A stretch of DNA of 64,000 bases from Octopus sinensis (lineage: Eukaryota): positions 164,734,001 through 164,798,000 of the forward strand of contig NC_042999.1 in assembly GCF_006345805.1 (NCBI RefSeq), in the 5' to 3' direction. Positions within the stretch are counted from its first letter, which is position 1. Every line of letters begins with the position of its first letter. A program made the position numbers and the translations under genes. Below are positions 40,531 to 54,200 of this stretch, piece by piece. The notes under the pieces are model-generated. The model searched no databases. It was not told where the DNA came from and was given only the letters and a program-made list of their open reading frames with translations.

Positions 40531-40937
40531 ACACATATGTCATCATCATCATCATTACCACTTTCCATCTGATACATGGAGCAACAGAGATAAACTTGTA
40601 GCTTTGTCACTAGGTATGTCCTATTCTTCTTCTGGCATATGTATAAGGTCAGGCCTATCCTGATTCTGTTTACATAATTCATGAACTGGCTGCTCATTAC
40701 TATTTCTCGGCAGTCAGGTGTAAATAATTGAATCCTGACAATCCTTTTAATGCAAACCAGAACTAATTGATTAACTGACCTTTCCTGAGACCCTTGTTGT
40801 TTAATCTCAGGTGTATGTGAGTGATAGGGGTGGAAATTCTAATGTTTTCATAAAACTTTTAAAACTTGATTGTAACTTTGTTTATAAATTTAATCTTTTC
40901 TTGTACATGCAGTACTGGTACTCTAGTTGGTGTGTAC

Positions 40938-40970
<33 letters not shown>

Positions 40971-41999
40971 ATATATATACACGTGCACATACGCACACAC
41001 ACATGCTGTTGGTGATTTCCTTCTTTGGACTATTCCCTTTCTCCTTTCCGATGAAGAGCTATGCTCGAAATGTCAAACTCTCTCCTTTCACTGAGCGTCC
41101 TTTCACTGTGCACATCCTTTAGTCTGTTAATTTTACCTGTTTATTTGGATTATATATATACACACCACACACACATATACACACACACACATATACATAC
41201 ACACACATACACACAGTAACTTTACTAAAGAAGGCGAGAGAATCTCTTATCATCATCATCACATTTTGCTTATCCTTTCTCCATACTGGTATGGCTTGGA
41301 TGAAAGACCTTGAGGTAGTATTTTGTAGTCAAATGCCTACCCTTATTTATTTTTAAAATGGTATAGAATTATATTATGTTAATGCATCCTTGTGCCAGTT
41401 TGTTTTTCTTTAAAACTAGTCTTAACAAGACTTTAAAAGAAAAAAACAAAAACAAGTTACTGGGAAGGGGGTTTCATTGATGAAAGCCCTTCAAAGCACT
41501 ACCTCAATCTAGTTACAATTGAATTACTGAAACCAGTAAAAGAGTAAAGACAAATGGATATATGTGACTTTATTTGCTGGATTTTCAGCCAAACAAGAAA
41601 ATGAATTCTCACTATAATTAAACGCACCACTCGACTATATAAAAACACTCATATATAAATATAAACGACATACAAAGACACATGAGTGTATATAGAGTAA
41701 TTTTGATATAGAGAATAATTTTAATGATGTATATTCTAGTTGTTCAATCAACTGAATTGCATTAGTGAGTGGCTGAATATTCCACAGATCTTTGTACCGT
41801 TTGGAGAAATCCTCTGGTGGAAACAACATGGGAAAGGGGGGTGGGGTGCATTTGAAATGCAGATGCAGTCAACTCAAAGTTCCACTCACAAGATTTGGAT
41901 CATGTGAAAGTTATGGCACAAATCATTTGTCCAAGATGTCAAGCATCGGAAACGAACCTGAGACTTAGTGATTGCAAATCTGAGATCTTAACCATTCTG

Positions 42000-42984
42000 C
42001 AACGCTTGTGTCAATGTGTGTGTGTAGACGCCTAATCAGCCAATGTGCCATACGTTTAAAGAAAATTGGAGTTTCTGAGAGAAAATGAAAGCAAAGCAGT
42101 GTTACCATGCTTAGCAGTGTTACGGTTGATAACAATAAACGAAGGGGTCAGAGAGTTGTTTATCATTTATCTACCGACCCCCCCCCCTCGTCACACACTT
42201 TCCCCATCCAGCCTTCCACTTTTTCTTCTCTCGAATCATTATTCTTCGTTACAACTATCTGTTTCTCTCTCTACATATTCTCACAGTATGTAACAGATTA
42301 CTTTCGGTATATCTCGCACATACATCTGCACTCTAACCGTTCCCACCACTCTCTCTGAAATGCTTACACAACCTCTCTCACCGTTTCCTCACAGACACAC
42401 GCTCACTGCAATTATTCTTACATTCCTGTCTTTCCATTTTACACGCGCAGATGCTCTATCAGCTCCTCACACTCGCATACAACACACACCTATTCCCTTT
42501 CATGTTGTTGATAGTTGTTACCTTACGCCTTACCGCCTCGCACTAACAGTTCCCACCTTTCCTTCCTTTACAGCCACACACGTTCTACACATCCTCTAAT
42601 ACCTCTTCTACCCATTCTATCTTCCTTTCACTCACGCTTTATAATCTCCTGAATAGTGCTAATATTCATACACGCTCGCTTCCTCTGCGCCTTCTCTCAC
42701 ATGTTCTATCTCAATGTCGTACTTTTTCCAACTACACACTCTATCATCATAGACACCACCCTCTTCTAACAAGCACTCTCTCTCTCTTACACACACACAC
42801 ATCACAAGTCGTTACATATGCACACACGATCACTACCAGCCTTCTTCGTTGCAAACCTCTTTACAAGCGCCAATTGTCAACTACGAAGTCGATGGGAGAA
42901 TATATATCTACGACAACACTATATTTGGAAGCAACTGGTGATACACAAGCGAGGAGTATGTATAGCCTCAGTACGTGAGTGAGA

Positions 42985-43000
<16 letters not shown>
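42000..43000. promoter_or_regulatory. CpG-island-like non-repetitive block, possible promoter or enhancer
   Basis: Hand count of about 35 CpG in this kb versus about 4 in 24001-25000; strong purine/pyrimidine strand skew; no recognisable transposon. Confidence 0.4.
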
Positions 43001-43020
<20 letters not shown>

Positions 43021-43299
43021 AGGGGAGGAGAAAGAGAGAGAGACAGAAAGACAGAGGGTGCGCGTATATATATGCATGTATGTATATGTGATTGAACCTC
43101 AATGTGTGTTTGTGAGTGTGGTTGGTTGACGGGGATGCGTGGAATGTAAACATGTGTTTAAAACTCGATATTTTTTCCTCCAATAAACATCTATAAACAC
43201 ATAACTATATACATATAACACACACACATATATATATATATGTACTGCTTATGTATACGCAAAATTCTCTCTCTCTCTCTCCACACATATATAAGTGTA

Positions 43300-43481
43300 T
43301 ATGTAATTCAATTCCTATTAGCCATGATGGATAAGTCTATATATTTATACGTGCATGTACGTGAATATGCGCGCGTTAACATAAGTACGTGTACGGTACA
43401 TACATGCATATAAATTATGTATGAATACGTGTTTTGTTTCAATATGTCCATCTCTCATATACTTGCGCATATATAATATAT

Positions 43482-43514
<33 letters not shown>

Positions 43515-43967
43515 CATATATATACATATTATATACATATATATATAACACACACATATATATATATATAATATACATATATATACACAACACCATATAT
43601 ATATATATATACATACACATATATATACATATATATATACACATATATATACATATATATACATCATACATATATGTATATATAGATATACATACACATA
43701 TATATATACATATATACATATATTATATATACATACACATTATTATATACATATATACATATATATATATATACATATATACATATATATATATATATAC
43801 ATACACATATATATAATATATACATACATATATATATACATATATCACATATATATATATATACATACACTATATATACATATATATATATATAACCTAT
43901 ATATATACTATATATATACATATAATAATATATATATATACATATAATATATATATATATACATAAC

Positions 43968-44016
<49 letters not shown>

Positions 44017-44310
44017 CATATATATAGAATATATATATATAGATATATATATACATATATATATATATATACATAATATATATATAATATATATATTATA
44101 CATATATATAACACATATATAGATATATACATACAATATATATATATATACATACACATATATATATATATATATATACATACACACATATACATATATA
44201 TATCACATATATACATATATATATACACATATATACATATAATATACATATATATATACACATATATACATTATATATATATATATTATATATATTATAT
44301 ACTCTTTTTA
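43300..44310. repeat. About 1-kb degenerate (TA)n/(TACA)n low-complexity tract
   Basis: Direct inspection; source of the many I/Y-rich pseudo-ORFs. Confidence 0.95.
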
Positions 44311-44321
44311 CTCTTTTTACT

Positions 44322-44720
44322 CTTTTACTTGTTTCAGTCATTTGACTGCGGCCATGCTGGAGCACCGCCTTTAGTCGAGCAATCGACCCCGAGACTTATT
44401 TTTTGTAAGCCCAGTACTTATTATATCGGTCTCTTGCCGAACCGCTAAGTGACGGGGACGTAAACACACACCAGCATCGGTTGTCAAGCAATGCTAGGGG
44501 ACAAACACAGACACACAAACACACACACACATACATTTATATATATATATATATATATAATATACGACAGGCTTCTTTCAGTTTCCGTCTACCAAATCCA
44601 CTCACAAGACATTGGTCGGCCCGGGGCTAAGCAGAAGACACTTGCCCAAGATGCCACGCAGTGGCATTGAACCCAGAACCATGGTTAGCAAGCTACTTAC
44701 CACACAGCCACTCCTGCGCC
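44322..44720 (-). mobile_element. Young main-family SINE, CpG-retaining
   Basis: Close to family consensus. Confidence 0.8.
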
Positions 44721-44800
44721 ATATATATTATTATATATTATATATTATATATATATATATTATATATATATATATATATTATATATATATATATATATTA

Positions 44801-44839
<39 letters not shown>

Positions 44840-44850
44840 TATATATATAT

Positions 44851-44884
<34 letters not shown>

Positions 44885-44928
44885 AATATATCTGTAAATT
44901 AATATATATATATATATACACACACACA

Positions 44929-46203
44929 CAACAGGGTTCGACAAAAAATGGGGAAACACCTAGCATCATAGTATCATAATTTTGAAATATTTATAAAAAC
45001 GTCAAAATCTTGTTTATTTTTATGGGTTTTTTTAATTTATAGCGTTGCTTAATATGTTTTGCTAAAATTGCCGTTTCTTTTCAGATATCACCAGAAAAAG
45101 GTAATTAAAATTCATTAAAATGACAGATCTATCGGATTTTGAAAGAGGTCAAATTGCTGGTGCTCATATAGCAGGTGCTAGCGTAATGAAAACAATCGAA
45201 ATGTTTGGTGTATCAAGAATTACTCTCTCGAAAGTAATGACAGCCCTTGAGAAAGAGGGAAAAACCTCTTCATCGAAATAAAACTCCGGAAGAAAATCAA
45301 AACTTTCAGATAGTGACCGCCGAACTCTTACGCAAATTGCTAGAAAGGATCACACAAGTACAGCTCCCAAAATTACTGCAGAGCTTAATGACCACCTCGA
45401 GAACCCAGTTTTCACAAAAACTGTTCGCCAGGAGCTGCACAAAGCCGGGTTTCACGGGAGGTCTGTCATCAGAAATCCACTACTTTCAAAAACAAACGTT
45501 GCAAAGCGTTTAGAGTGGTGTATAAACCTACAGAATTGGTCCCTAGAACAGTGGAAGAATGTTATTTTCTCGGACGAGTCATCCTTTACCTTATTTTCGA
45601 CCACCGGCCGAGTATACGTGTGGAGACAGCCAAAAGAAGCATTTGATCCAGACTGCTGTCTTCCAACTGTTAAACATGGAGAAGGATCTGTGATGATCTG
45701 GGGGAATATATCTTAGAAATTCGCCGGCCCAATGTTTCCCTTCATGGCAGAATTACTAGTGAAGACTATTTAAGCATTTTAGCTGATCATATTCATCCTA
45801 TGGTTGCGGAACTGTTTTCGGAGGGAAAGGCCTATCTTTCAGGATGATAATGCACCAATTCACACAGCTAAAGTTGTTACTGAATGGCACGAGGAACATT
45901 CTAGTGAAGTTGAACATCTTATCTGGCCACCACAGTCCCCAGATCTCAATATTATTGAACATTTACGGTGCATTTTAGAAAAACAAGTAAGGGGTCGATA
46001 TCCTCCACCATCATCACTACAAGAACTAGAGACTGTTTTAGCTGAAGAACGGACAAAAATTCCTTTGGAAACAATTCAAACTTTGTACGAGTCCATACCT
46101 CGTAGAATTCAAGCTGTAATTATTGCCAAAGGCGGTCCTACCCCATGTTAAACCAAATTTGTTTGAAATTTTAAGGTGTTTCCATTATTTTGTCCAACCC
46201 TTG
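44929..46203 (+). mobile_element. Full-length Tc1 DNA transposon; transposase pseudogene at 45120-46151
   Basis: MTDLSDFERGQIAG...SGRKSKLSD...IFSDES...KHGEGSVMIWG...FQDDNAPIH...WPPQSPDLNIIEHL; stops and a frameshift. TIR CAGGGTTCGACAAAAAATG..GAAACACCT versus AGGTGTTTCCATTATTTTGTCCAACCCTTG|TA. Confidence 0.92.
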
Positions 46204-46217
46204 TATGTGCATGTATG

Positions 46218-46260
<43 letters not shown>

Positions 46261-46679
46261 GTGTGTGTGTGTAGCTTGTATGTGCGTATGCCCGCTCATA
46301 CGCGTGTATGCCTATGTGTGCGTCATGCGTATGTGTATATGCAATCGACACATATTCACAAAATCATCTGTAAATAAATAACCCCAACCCAAAAGACACG
46401 AGTTATTTAACATGAAAGAGCTCAACATGAAATTCAAATTAAATTAAATTAAATTAAATTAAAGCCACACCGTTGAAGTGGAAATTGAAACGGAAATAAA
46501 CATGGGCGTAACCAGGATTTCGACAGAGAGGGTTCTCAATTATTAAAGAAAAAAAATCCATTAATCGTCTTATAAATGAAAAACACAAATATTAAAATAT
46601 TTGATAATTCTAATTACAAGGCGCCATGTGTGAGCGCGCGCGCGCGCGTGTGTATATATATTCTTTTATTCATTAATGT

Positions 46680-46980
46680 GTTTCAGTCATTTCACTGTGG
46701 AGCACTGCCTTTAGTCGAACAAATCGACCCCAGGACTTTTTCTTAGTAAGCCTAGTACAATTGATCTGTTTTGCCGAACCGCTAAGTTACGGGGTCGTAA
46801 ACACACCAGCGTCGTGATGGGTGGTGGGAAAGAAACACAGACACATACATACAAACACACGTCTAATCAGCTCGTGGTTATAGTAGAAGAAACTTGCCCA
46901 AGATGCCACGCAGTAGGACTGAACTCGGAACCATATGGTTGGTAAGAGAGCTACTTTCCCACAACACACCCTCCTGCGCC
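46680..46980 (-). mobile_element. Diverged main-family SINE
   Basis: Family similarity. Confidence 0.65.
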
Positions 46981-47043
46981 TTATATATATAAATATATAT
47001 ATATTTATATATATATATAATTATATATATATAATATATATAG

Positions 47044-47113
<70 letters not shown>

Positions 47114-47798
47114 GTATGTATGCAAACGCGCGCACGCAGGTGCGTCTGCGAGTAAGAAGCTTGTTTCCCGACCACACGGTACGGGTTCAATCGCTGAACC
47201 ACTGTGTGACATGTTGAGAAAGGGTCTTGTACTAGAGCATAAGTGCGCAAAGTGGGCGCTACCCCTCTCCCGGTAGGCGTTAAGAGGCGTTCAGGTGGGC
47301 GCTGGTGTAGAGAAAAAGGAGGCATTGATGGAGAGGCAAAGGATTGGGGGACGCTTAAGAATTTATAATATTAAATATCAAAATGATTCATAGTGTATAT
47401 AAATTAGTAAAATTTGAAATTTTTTATTTATACATAAAAACAGGGGTGGGGTAAGTGAGGGTATTATGTGGCCAAGAGGGGTGGCGGTGGCCCAAAACGT
47501 TTGAGAACCTCTGTACTAGGATCTTCGAACCGAGCAAAGCCCTGTGAGTGTATGCTGTAGACTTAAAGAAGCTCGTCGCATGCATGCATGCATCCATCCA
47601 TCCACCCATCCATCCAGGTAGGTAGGTAGGTAGATAGATAGATAGATAGATAGATTAGAACGGATTTTAGGGTTTGAAGAAACGCTGTAAAGCTAAGGGC
47701 TTTAAGGTCGTGAAACCTAAGATAACTCCATAGATCAGCTATACCTCTCTCTCTTCTCTCTCTCTCTCTCTCTCTCTCTCCCTTTATATATATATATA

Positions 47799-48174
47799 CT
47801 AGCAGCGTCGCCCGGCGTTGCTCGGTTTGTAAGGGAAATAACTATATAAGCATTTTTAGAGATGTAAAGTATAATAGCCATCTCAATATGGCTAACCACA
47901 AAGGGGGGGGGGTGTACTGTAGCTTTTACGTTCTGAGATTTAATAATACATTTTTAGAGAGTACTTCCCTTATATAATAGCGAAAAAATGCATAAAAATG
48001 GAAATTATTTTGGTAATTTTTTTAAAAATCGTAGACTCATCGTAGACGCGCGCTATACCAGAAGGGGCTCGATGTGATCACGACTATAAGATACCCGTTT
48101 TTGGTTAAACTGCACCGCAAAATGTGGGAGTAGTTAGGAATCTAAATCGTAGGAGACAGACAGCACACAACCTC

Positions 48175-48190
<16 letters not shown>
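47799..48190 (-). mobile_element. Second near-full copy of the non-autonomous Helitron
   Basis: Highly similar to 2560-2952; CTAG at 47799-47802; 5' end merges into (TA)n. Confidence 0.8.
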
Positions 48191-48221
<31 letters not shown>

Positions 48222-48780
48222 TATTATTATATTATTATTATTATTAAAGCAGTAAGTATATTACTCTTCCTTTGGTATTTGAGCACTATTTTTTCCACCT
48301 TGTTTTGCACTTATGTGTTCACCTGAGCGCGCGCGCGCGTGTGTGTGTTTACGTCTCAGTAACTTAGCAGTCGTGAAGAGGGACGGATAGAATACATCTC
48401 AGACTTTCCAAAAAACGGGAAAATAAATAAATGAATAATACTAATAAGTAGTGGGATCGATTCATTCAACTGTAATTCCTCAAGGCGGGGCCAGTTTGGC
48501 CGCAGTCTGATGATCGAAAAATATAAATATATATCTTTTTTTTCTTTATTTTATTGAATTGTTGCAGCTATACTAGGCGTTGAGGGCCTTTTGTTGAATG
48601 AATCAACCCCAATACTTTTATTTTATTTTATTTTTGCTGGTTTTTACTCAATCCTCTCATCTGGCGAAGTGCTAAACTAAGAGGACGTAAACAAACTAAC
48701 ACTAGCTGTCAAACACGCATCAACATAAACACACACATATATATATATCAACACACACACATATAAATATATACATATAT

Positions 48781-48932
48781 AATGGGGAGTGCCGGTTTAT
48801 GGGGTTACCTTAAGTTTCCCGTCCATAAAGGGTTTAGTTTTATGGCGTATCGGCAGATCCCCAAGACCTGTTGGCCCAAACCCTTTATGGACGGGAAACC
48901 TAAGGTAATCCCATAAACCGGCCTTACCCATT
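48781..48932. repeat. GC-rich hairpin, arms about 55 bp (probable MITE)
   Basis: GCCGGTTTATGGGGTTACCTTAAGTTTCCCGTCCATAAAGGGTTT pairs with AAACCCTTTATGGACGGGAAACCTAAGGTAATCCCATAAACCGGC. Confidence 0.8.
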
Positions 48933-49387
48933 TTTAATATACACTACTCTACATCTTAGAGTGTGCTTCTTTCGGATGTATGTTTTTTACGGACGATATA
49001 TATATATATTATATATTATATATATATATAGATATATATATATATATATATAGGAAAGAAAAATAATAATAACGAGGTAGAATGCTAAACCGAAAGCAAA
49101 TTTTAATATAAATGGGGAATTTGCTTTCTGTTTAGCATTCTGCCTTATTATTATTATTTTTTTTTCCTTTCCTATCATTTCTCCACGTGCAGTTAACACA
49201 ACCACACCATATACTGACACACACATACATACGCGCGCGTATGCACACACATCCACACACCCACACAGTTGTAGATCTGTACTTTTAGAAAAAGGTTCGC
49301 TTGTTCGCTTGGCTGAGCTTTACACAGGCTCGTGTACTCTCAAAGAATTATCAGTATAGCACAGTATGTGTGTAAGAATTTTAAGCT

Positions 49388-49487
49388 NNNNNNNNNNNNN
49401 NNNNNNNNNNNNNNNNNNNNNNNNNNNNNNNNNNNNNNNNNNNNNNNNNNNNNNNNNNNNNNNNNNNNNNNNNNNNNNNNNNNNNNN
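49388..49487. other. Assembly gap (100 N)
   Basis: Run of N. Confidence 1.
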
Positions 49488-50409
49488 AGAGTATTTTTTA
49501 ATGTATGTATGTATGTATGTGTGTGTGGTGTGTGTTGACGTATTTGGAGTCAGTGCATGTGTGAATTTGCAGGTTGTTTTCTGTATGTATTCACATGCTG
49601 CATATAGTTGCATGTCTACACATGTATATATATATACTTCAATAATGTATTTTTGGAAAGTTTCACAAATTTTTACAGTTCCTGTGATGGCTTGGATCTG
49701 TTGTTTTCAGATCAGCTTTCTCCTTTCAGGTTTCAAGAAGCCTAATTTCTCAAGATTGACAAATAGGCAGTGTGTGTTACATATCCCAGTGCTAGCAATG
49801 GTTATAGGTAAAAACCTGAACTTGTATGTATGCATGTATCATTCAACTACGGTAGTAGTTGAATAATATTCTTAAGGCCACAATTTACTCAGATGCAGCA
49901 CATTTTATAACTTGTTGCTAATTCAGTTCTTAACCAAATTGAAAACTGTTAACATGTTTGAAGCGGACTAGTTACTAGCTATATTTTGGCATTAAAAAAT
50001 TGAGATTTGATCCAGTAAAAAAAAGTCTACATCAAAATTAGTAGCAATGTTATAGGAGAGTAAGTAACACCACCAATCAAGTTTAGATCTAAATAACTTT
50101 TTTTATTTTAAAAGTAAAATATATTTATTTTAGCTTCAATGATAGAAGAAAGCATGAAGAATTTCATAGTTTTGATCTCATGCAACAAAAATTTGTATCA
50201 AAAAAGTTGTAAGGTAAAATATCATGAAAAAAACTATAAGTAAGGCAAAAAATTGGATTTAAGTATAATTAACTTTTTTATTTTAAAAACAAACTATATT
50301 TTTATTAAGCTTAAATGATAGAGCTCAATTCAAGGAATTTCATGGTATTAATCTCTTGCAATGAAGTTTTAAAAGAAAGACGTTATGAGCGTTTGTTTCT
50401 CAAATTTGT

Positions 50410-51120
50410 GGGTGATACCCTAGCAGTTGAGGGAACCTGTAGATGAGGTAGACCCAGGAAAATCTGGGATGAGGTGGTGAAGCATGACCTTCGAACATTG
50501 GGCCTTACCGAGGCAATGACTAGTGAATGGGACCTTTGGAGATATGCTGTGCTTGAGAAGACCCAACAAGCCAAGTGAGACCATAACCTTGTGGCCTATG
50601 CCAGGGGTGTAACCAACCCACTTATGAATACCCCTCATTCATTGGACAATAAACTTTGCTTGTGAAGACCTATTGAGGCAAGTGAAATCAAAATCGCTGA
50701 CATGGCTGATGACGGTACCGCCTGATTGGCACTCGTGCCAGTGGAATGTTAAAAGCACATCTGAGTGTGATCATTGCCAGGGCCACGGATTGGCTCCCAT
50801 GCCGGTGACACGTGAAAAGCACCATTCAAGCATGATCGTTGTCAACATCGCGTTACCAACACATGTGCCAGTGGCACATGAAAAACAACATTTGAGCCTG
50901 GTCATTGCCAGTGCCGCCGGACTGGCACCCATGCTGGTGTCATGTAAAAGCACCCCCTACACTCTTGAAGTGGTTGGCATTGGGAAGGGCATCCAGCTGT
51001 AGAACTTTTGCCAGATCCGATTGAGCCTGTGTAGCCTCTGGCTCACCAGTCCGCAGTCAAACCGTCCAACCATGCCAGCATGGAAAGTGGACATTAAACA
51101 ACGATGATGATGATGATGAT
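50410..51120 (+). mobile_element. RTE LINE 3' end plus 3' UTR ending in (TGA)n
   Basis: GRPRKIWDEVVKHDLRTLGLTEAMTS..DLWRYAVLEKT followed by the shared UTR; related minus copy at 62995-63290. Confidence 0.75.
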
Positions 51121-51292
51121 AATACAGTTCTATACATTTTTATGAATATAGTTCTATAAGGGACTTTTAATATATGTCACCGGCATCATTGAGGTAAGGA
51201 AAAAATTATCAATGACACCACTAATTGACACATTTGACACATTAATTAGCACAGCCTGGAAAAATCATGGATTGCATGGAAAAATACGAGCA

Positions 51293-52060
51293 AGAGAAAT
51301 AATATTCTTAAGATTATAAACCTGGAAAAAAGTACAGGACAAGTTATTACATCTGGTAAAGTACAGAACAAGAAAATTTTTACTTAAAACATTGCAGCTA
51401 AGGATAAAATTTGAATAATAAAAAGTAACATTATAATTAAAATAGGTACTATCATTTTGCTAAAATATTGACACACTAGAATACTTAAAAATGAGAGCCA
51501 GAAGTACCAATATAGCTTAAGTTTTATTGCAAAGTAGAATAGTATATATGGTAGGCAAATTCATTATGTAAAAAATAGGCATTGGGTCAAGACTAAAAAT
51601 GTGAAGACGTGGCAATATTTTAGGCAAGAACTCAAGCAAATTTTTCTGTGAATTATTTGTTATATGTAGATTTTATTGTAATATATAACTAATTTTTGTA
51701 TTATTCTATTTATTGTACTAACTAATTATGTACTACTATTACTTTTTATAACCTAGTTTCAAATTTTTAATTATTAATTAATAACTAAAAGAAATGAATT
51801 TTTGTAAAGTGCAAAAAATATTTTAACTGAGTTATTTTTTTAATTTTTGATAGAAGTAACAAGTAATAACAAATAGAAGTAATAACATTTTTAGTTTTAA
51901 TAAAAGCTAATATTTTCTGAATCTAAATATTTTATCTGAAATTTTATCCTCAGTTGCAATATTTTAAGTAAAAATCTTTCTTTTTCTGTACTTTACCAGA
52001 TGTAATAAGCTAACTTGTCCTATCATTTTCTTAAGAATATTCTTAAGAACATTATTTCTC
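51293..52060. repeat. AT-rich element with about 120-bp terminal inverted repeats
   Basis: 51293-51412 pairs with 51939-52060. Confidence 0.65.
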
Positions 52061-53857
52061 CATGGAATGAATGTATGTATGTATGTAGGTATGTATGCGT
52101 GTGTGTGTGTGTGTATGTATGTATCTCAATATTTAGTTTTATTTTAAGATTTCTTGCCAGCAGAGAAAGAACTGGTTTCTAACATAGATTCAAGACTCCT
52201 ACATTAGAATTTAACATTTTTGCATGCATGTATGTATATGTGCAGTAATTGGAATCAGTTCATGTGTAGATTTGTATGTTTTGTTTTATGTATGTATTCT
52301 CATGCACATATATACTAAAATGATAAACTTTTGGAAAGTTTTACAAATTTTTACAGTTCCAGTTGTGGCTTGAATCTGTAGTCTTCAAGTCAGCTTTTCC
52401 TTTTTTGGTTTTGATAAGCCAAATTTCTCAAGATTGGCACTTAGGCAGTATGCTATATACATATGTATGTATGCAGTAAATTGTGTGTATGTATGTAAAA
52501 TGTTATTTTGAGTTAAAGATTATTTGGAGTTCAATGAGAATAACCAATGCCACCAGCACCTGGCAACCAGTAGATATATGGTTTCATTTTTTGGTCACTT
52601 TTATCCATTGTTTTTCTTTACCTTGGGTTGCATGCTCACACACACACACACAACACTCGCGCACGCGACACAGGCAAGTGTCTGGGCATGTGTCTTCCAC
52701 TATAGCCCCAAGCCAACCAAAGTCTTGTAAGTGGATTAGGTAGATGAAAGCTGAAAGGAGTCCATGGTACATGTGTGCATGTGTCTTTTTTGTTAATGCC
52801 TATGTCCCATCACTTGACAACTGGTGTTGGTTTGTTTACTCTCCTGTAACCTAGTAGTAGTACAGCAAAAGTAATGATAAGAATAAGTACCAGACTTTAC
52901 AAAACAAGTACTGTAGTTGATTTGACTAAAAGCCCCTTCAGTGCAGTGCCCCAGCATGGCCTCACTCCAATAACTGAAACAAGTAAAAAGACGTATTGTT
53001 TGTGTGTGTGTGTGTGTATGTGTGTGTGTGTGTGTGATATGGTCATAATTTTGCATTTGCTTTTCTCGAGTTATATGATGTGGATAGGTCATTTCAACCT
53101 ATGTCTTGAAGTTACTGTCTCATGGATGGGTTGGGTACCATGTCTTGCTCATAGGTTTTACATTTCCTATGGCTGACCACTTTATTGCCAAGTACTTGGT
53201 GCATTTTATCATAACACCAACAATAGAGACACTGTCTTTTATCCAGATTCTTCCATTTTACTCAGTGAAATATTCATCCATTCCCTGGCACTAGATGGGT
53301 CGTTCCACCCTGCAGCAAGATTAAAGGGAGTCCCTAAATCATTGCACTGTTTGTGTTTGTTCATTCCTTTCCATTTTGTCTTTTGGTCTCATTTATAAAT
53401 AGAAAGAGGAGAGAATGAAAGCGATAATAGAAGTGAACTGAGTGATGGAAAGCAGGGGTGAAGGAAGAGAGAGTAAGCGAAGAGAGGGTGATGGAAGGGA
53501 AAGTGTGAGTGTGTGATTGAAAGAGAGAGAGAGAGAGAGAGACCACTGATTTGCTGTTGAAAGTAAAGAGACTGAATATATGTGGGAGTGTTGAGAGAAG
53601 GTGGCAGGGGAGAAAGAGTGATATATATGTCCGTGTATAACATATATATAGTATTCTATATATACAGAAATGGGAGCTGAGAAGTTCCTGGCTTTGGGTA
53701 AAAGAAAACACAGAAGGATCAGTTATGATTTATTTAACATAATCCCCTCTCAGATTCACACACTTATTGCAGCTGCCCTTCAGTTTTTCTAAACCCTGTA
53801 AAAGAACTTGGAAGGTTGTGATACTCTTTAAGGAACTTTTCAGCTCCCCATCATAAG

Positions 53858-53910
<53 letters not shown>

Positions 53911-53920
<10 letters not shown>

Positions 53921-54200
53921 GAGGGCATTATACATACATGCCAGATGGCATTATACATACATGCCACATGCTAAGAGGGACAATTAGTCATTTCTACCAA
54001 AATATTACTAATCCCACCGAATGCAATTTTTCAAAGTAAGACATTTAAAAAAATGTCTTTTTTAAATGTCTTACTTTGAAAAATTGCATTCGTGGGATTA
54101 GTAATATTTTTTGGTAGAAATGACTAATTGTCCCTCTTAGCGTGTGGCATGTATGTATAATGCCATCTGGCATGTATGTATAATGCCCTCTATATATAAA
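53911..54200. repeat. Near-perfect 290-bp palindrome with 5-nt loop
   Basis: 53911-54052 pairs with 54058-54200; about 3 mismatches or bulges by eye. Confidence 0.9.

Noticed and set aside
43345-44365. Many long ORFs rich in I/Y/C/V
   Set aside because: Translations of (TA)n/(CA)n microsatellite; same for similar ORFs throughout the track.
53050-53240. Possible piggyBac relic sharing a WCYDKM-like string with 30791-30997
   Set aside because: Similarity too short and degenerate to call without a profile search.
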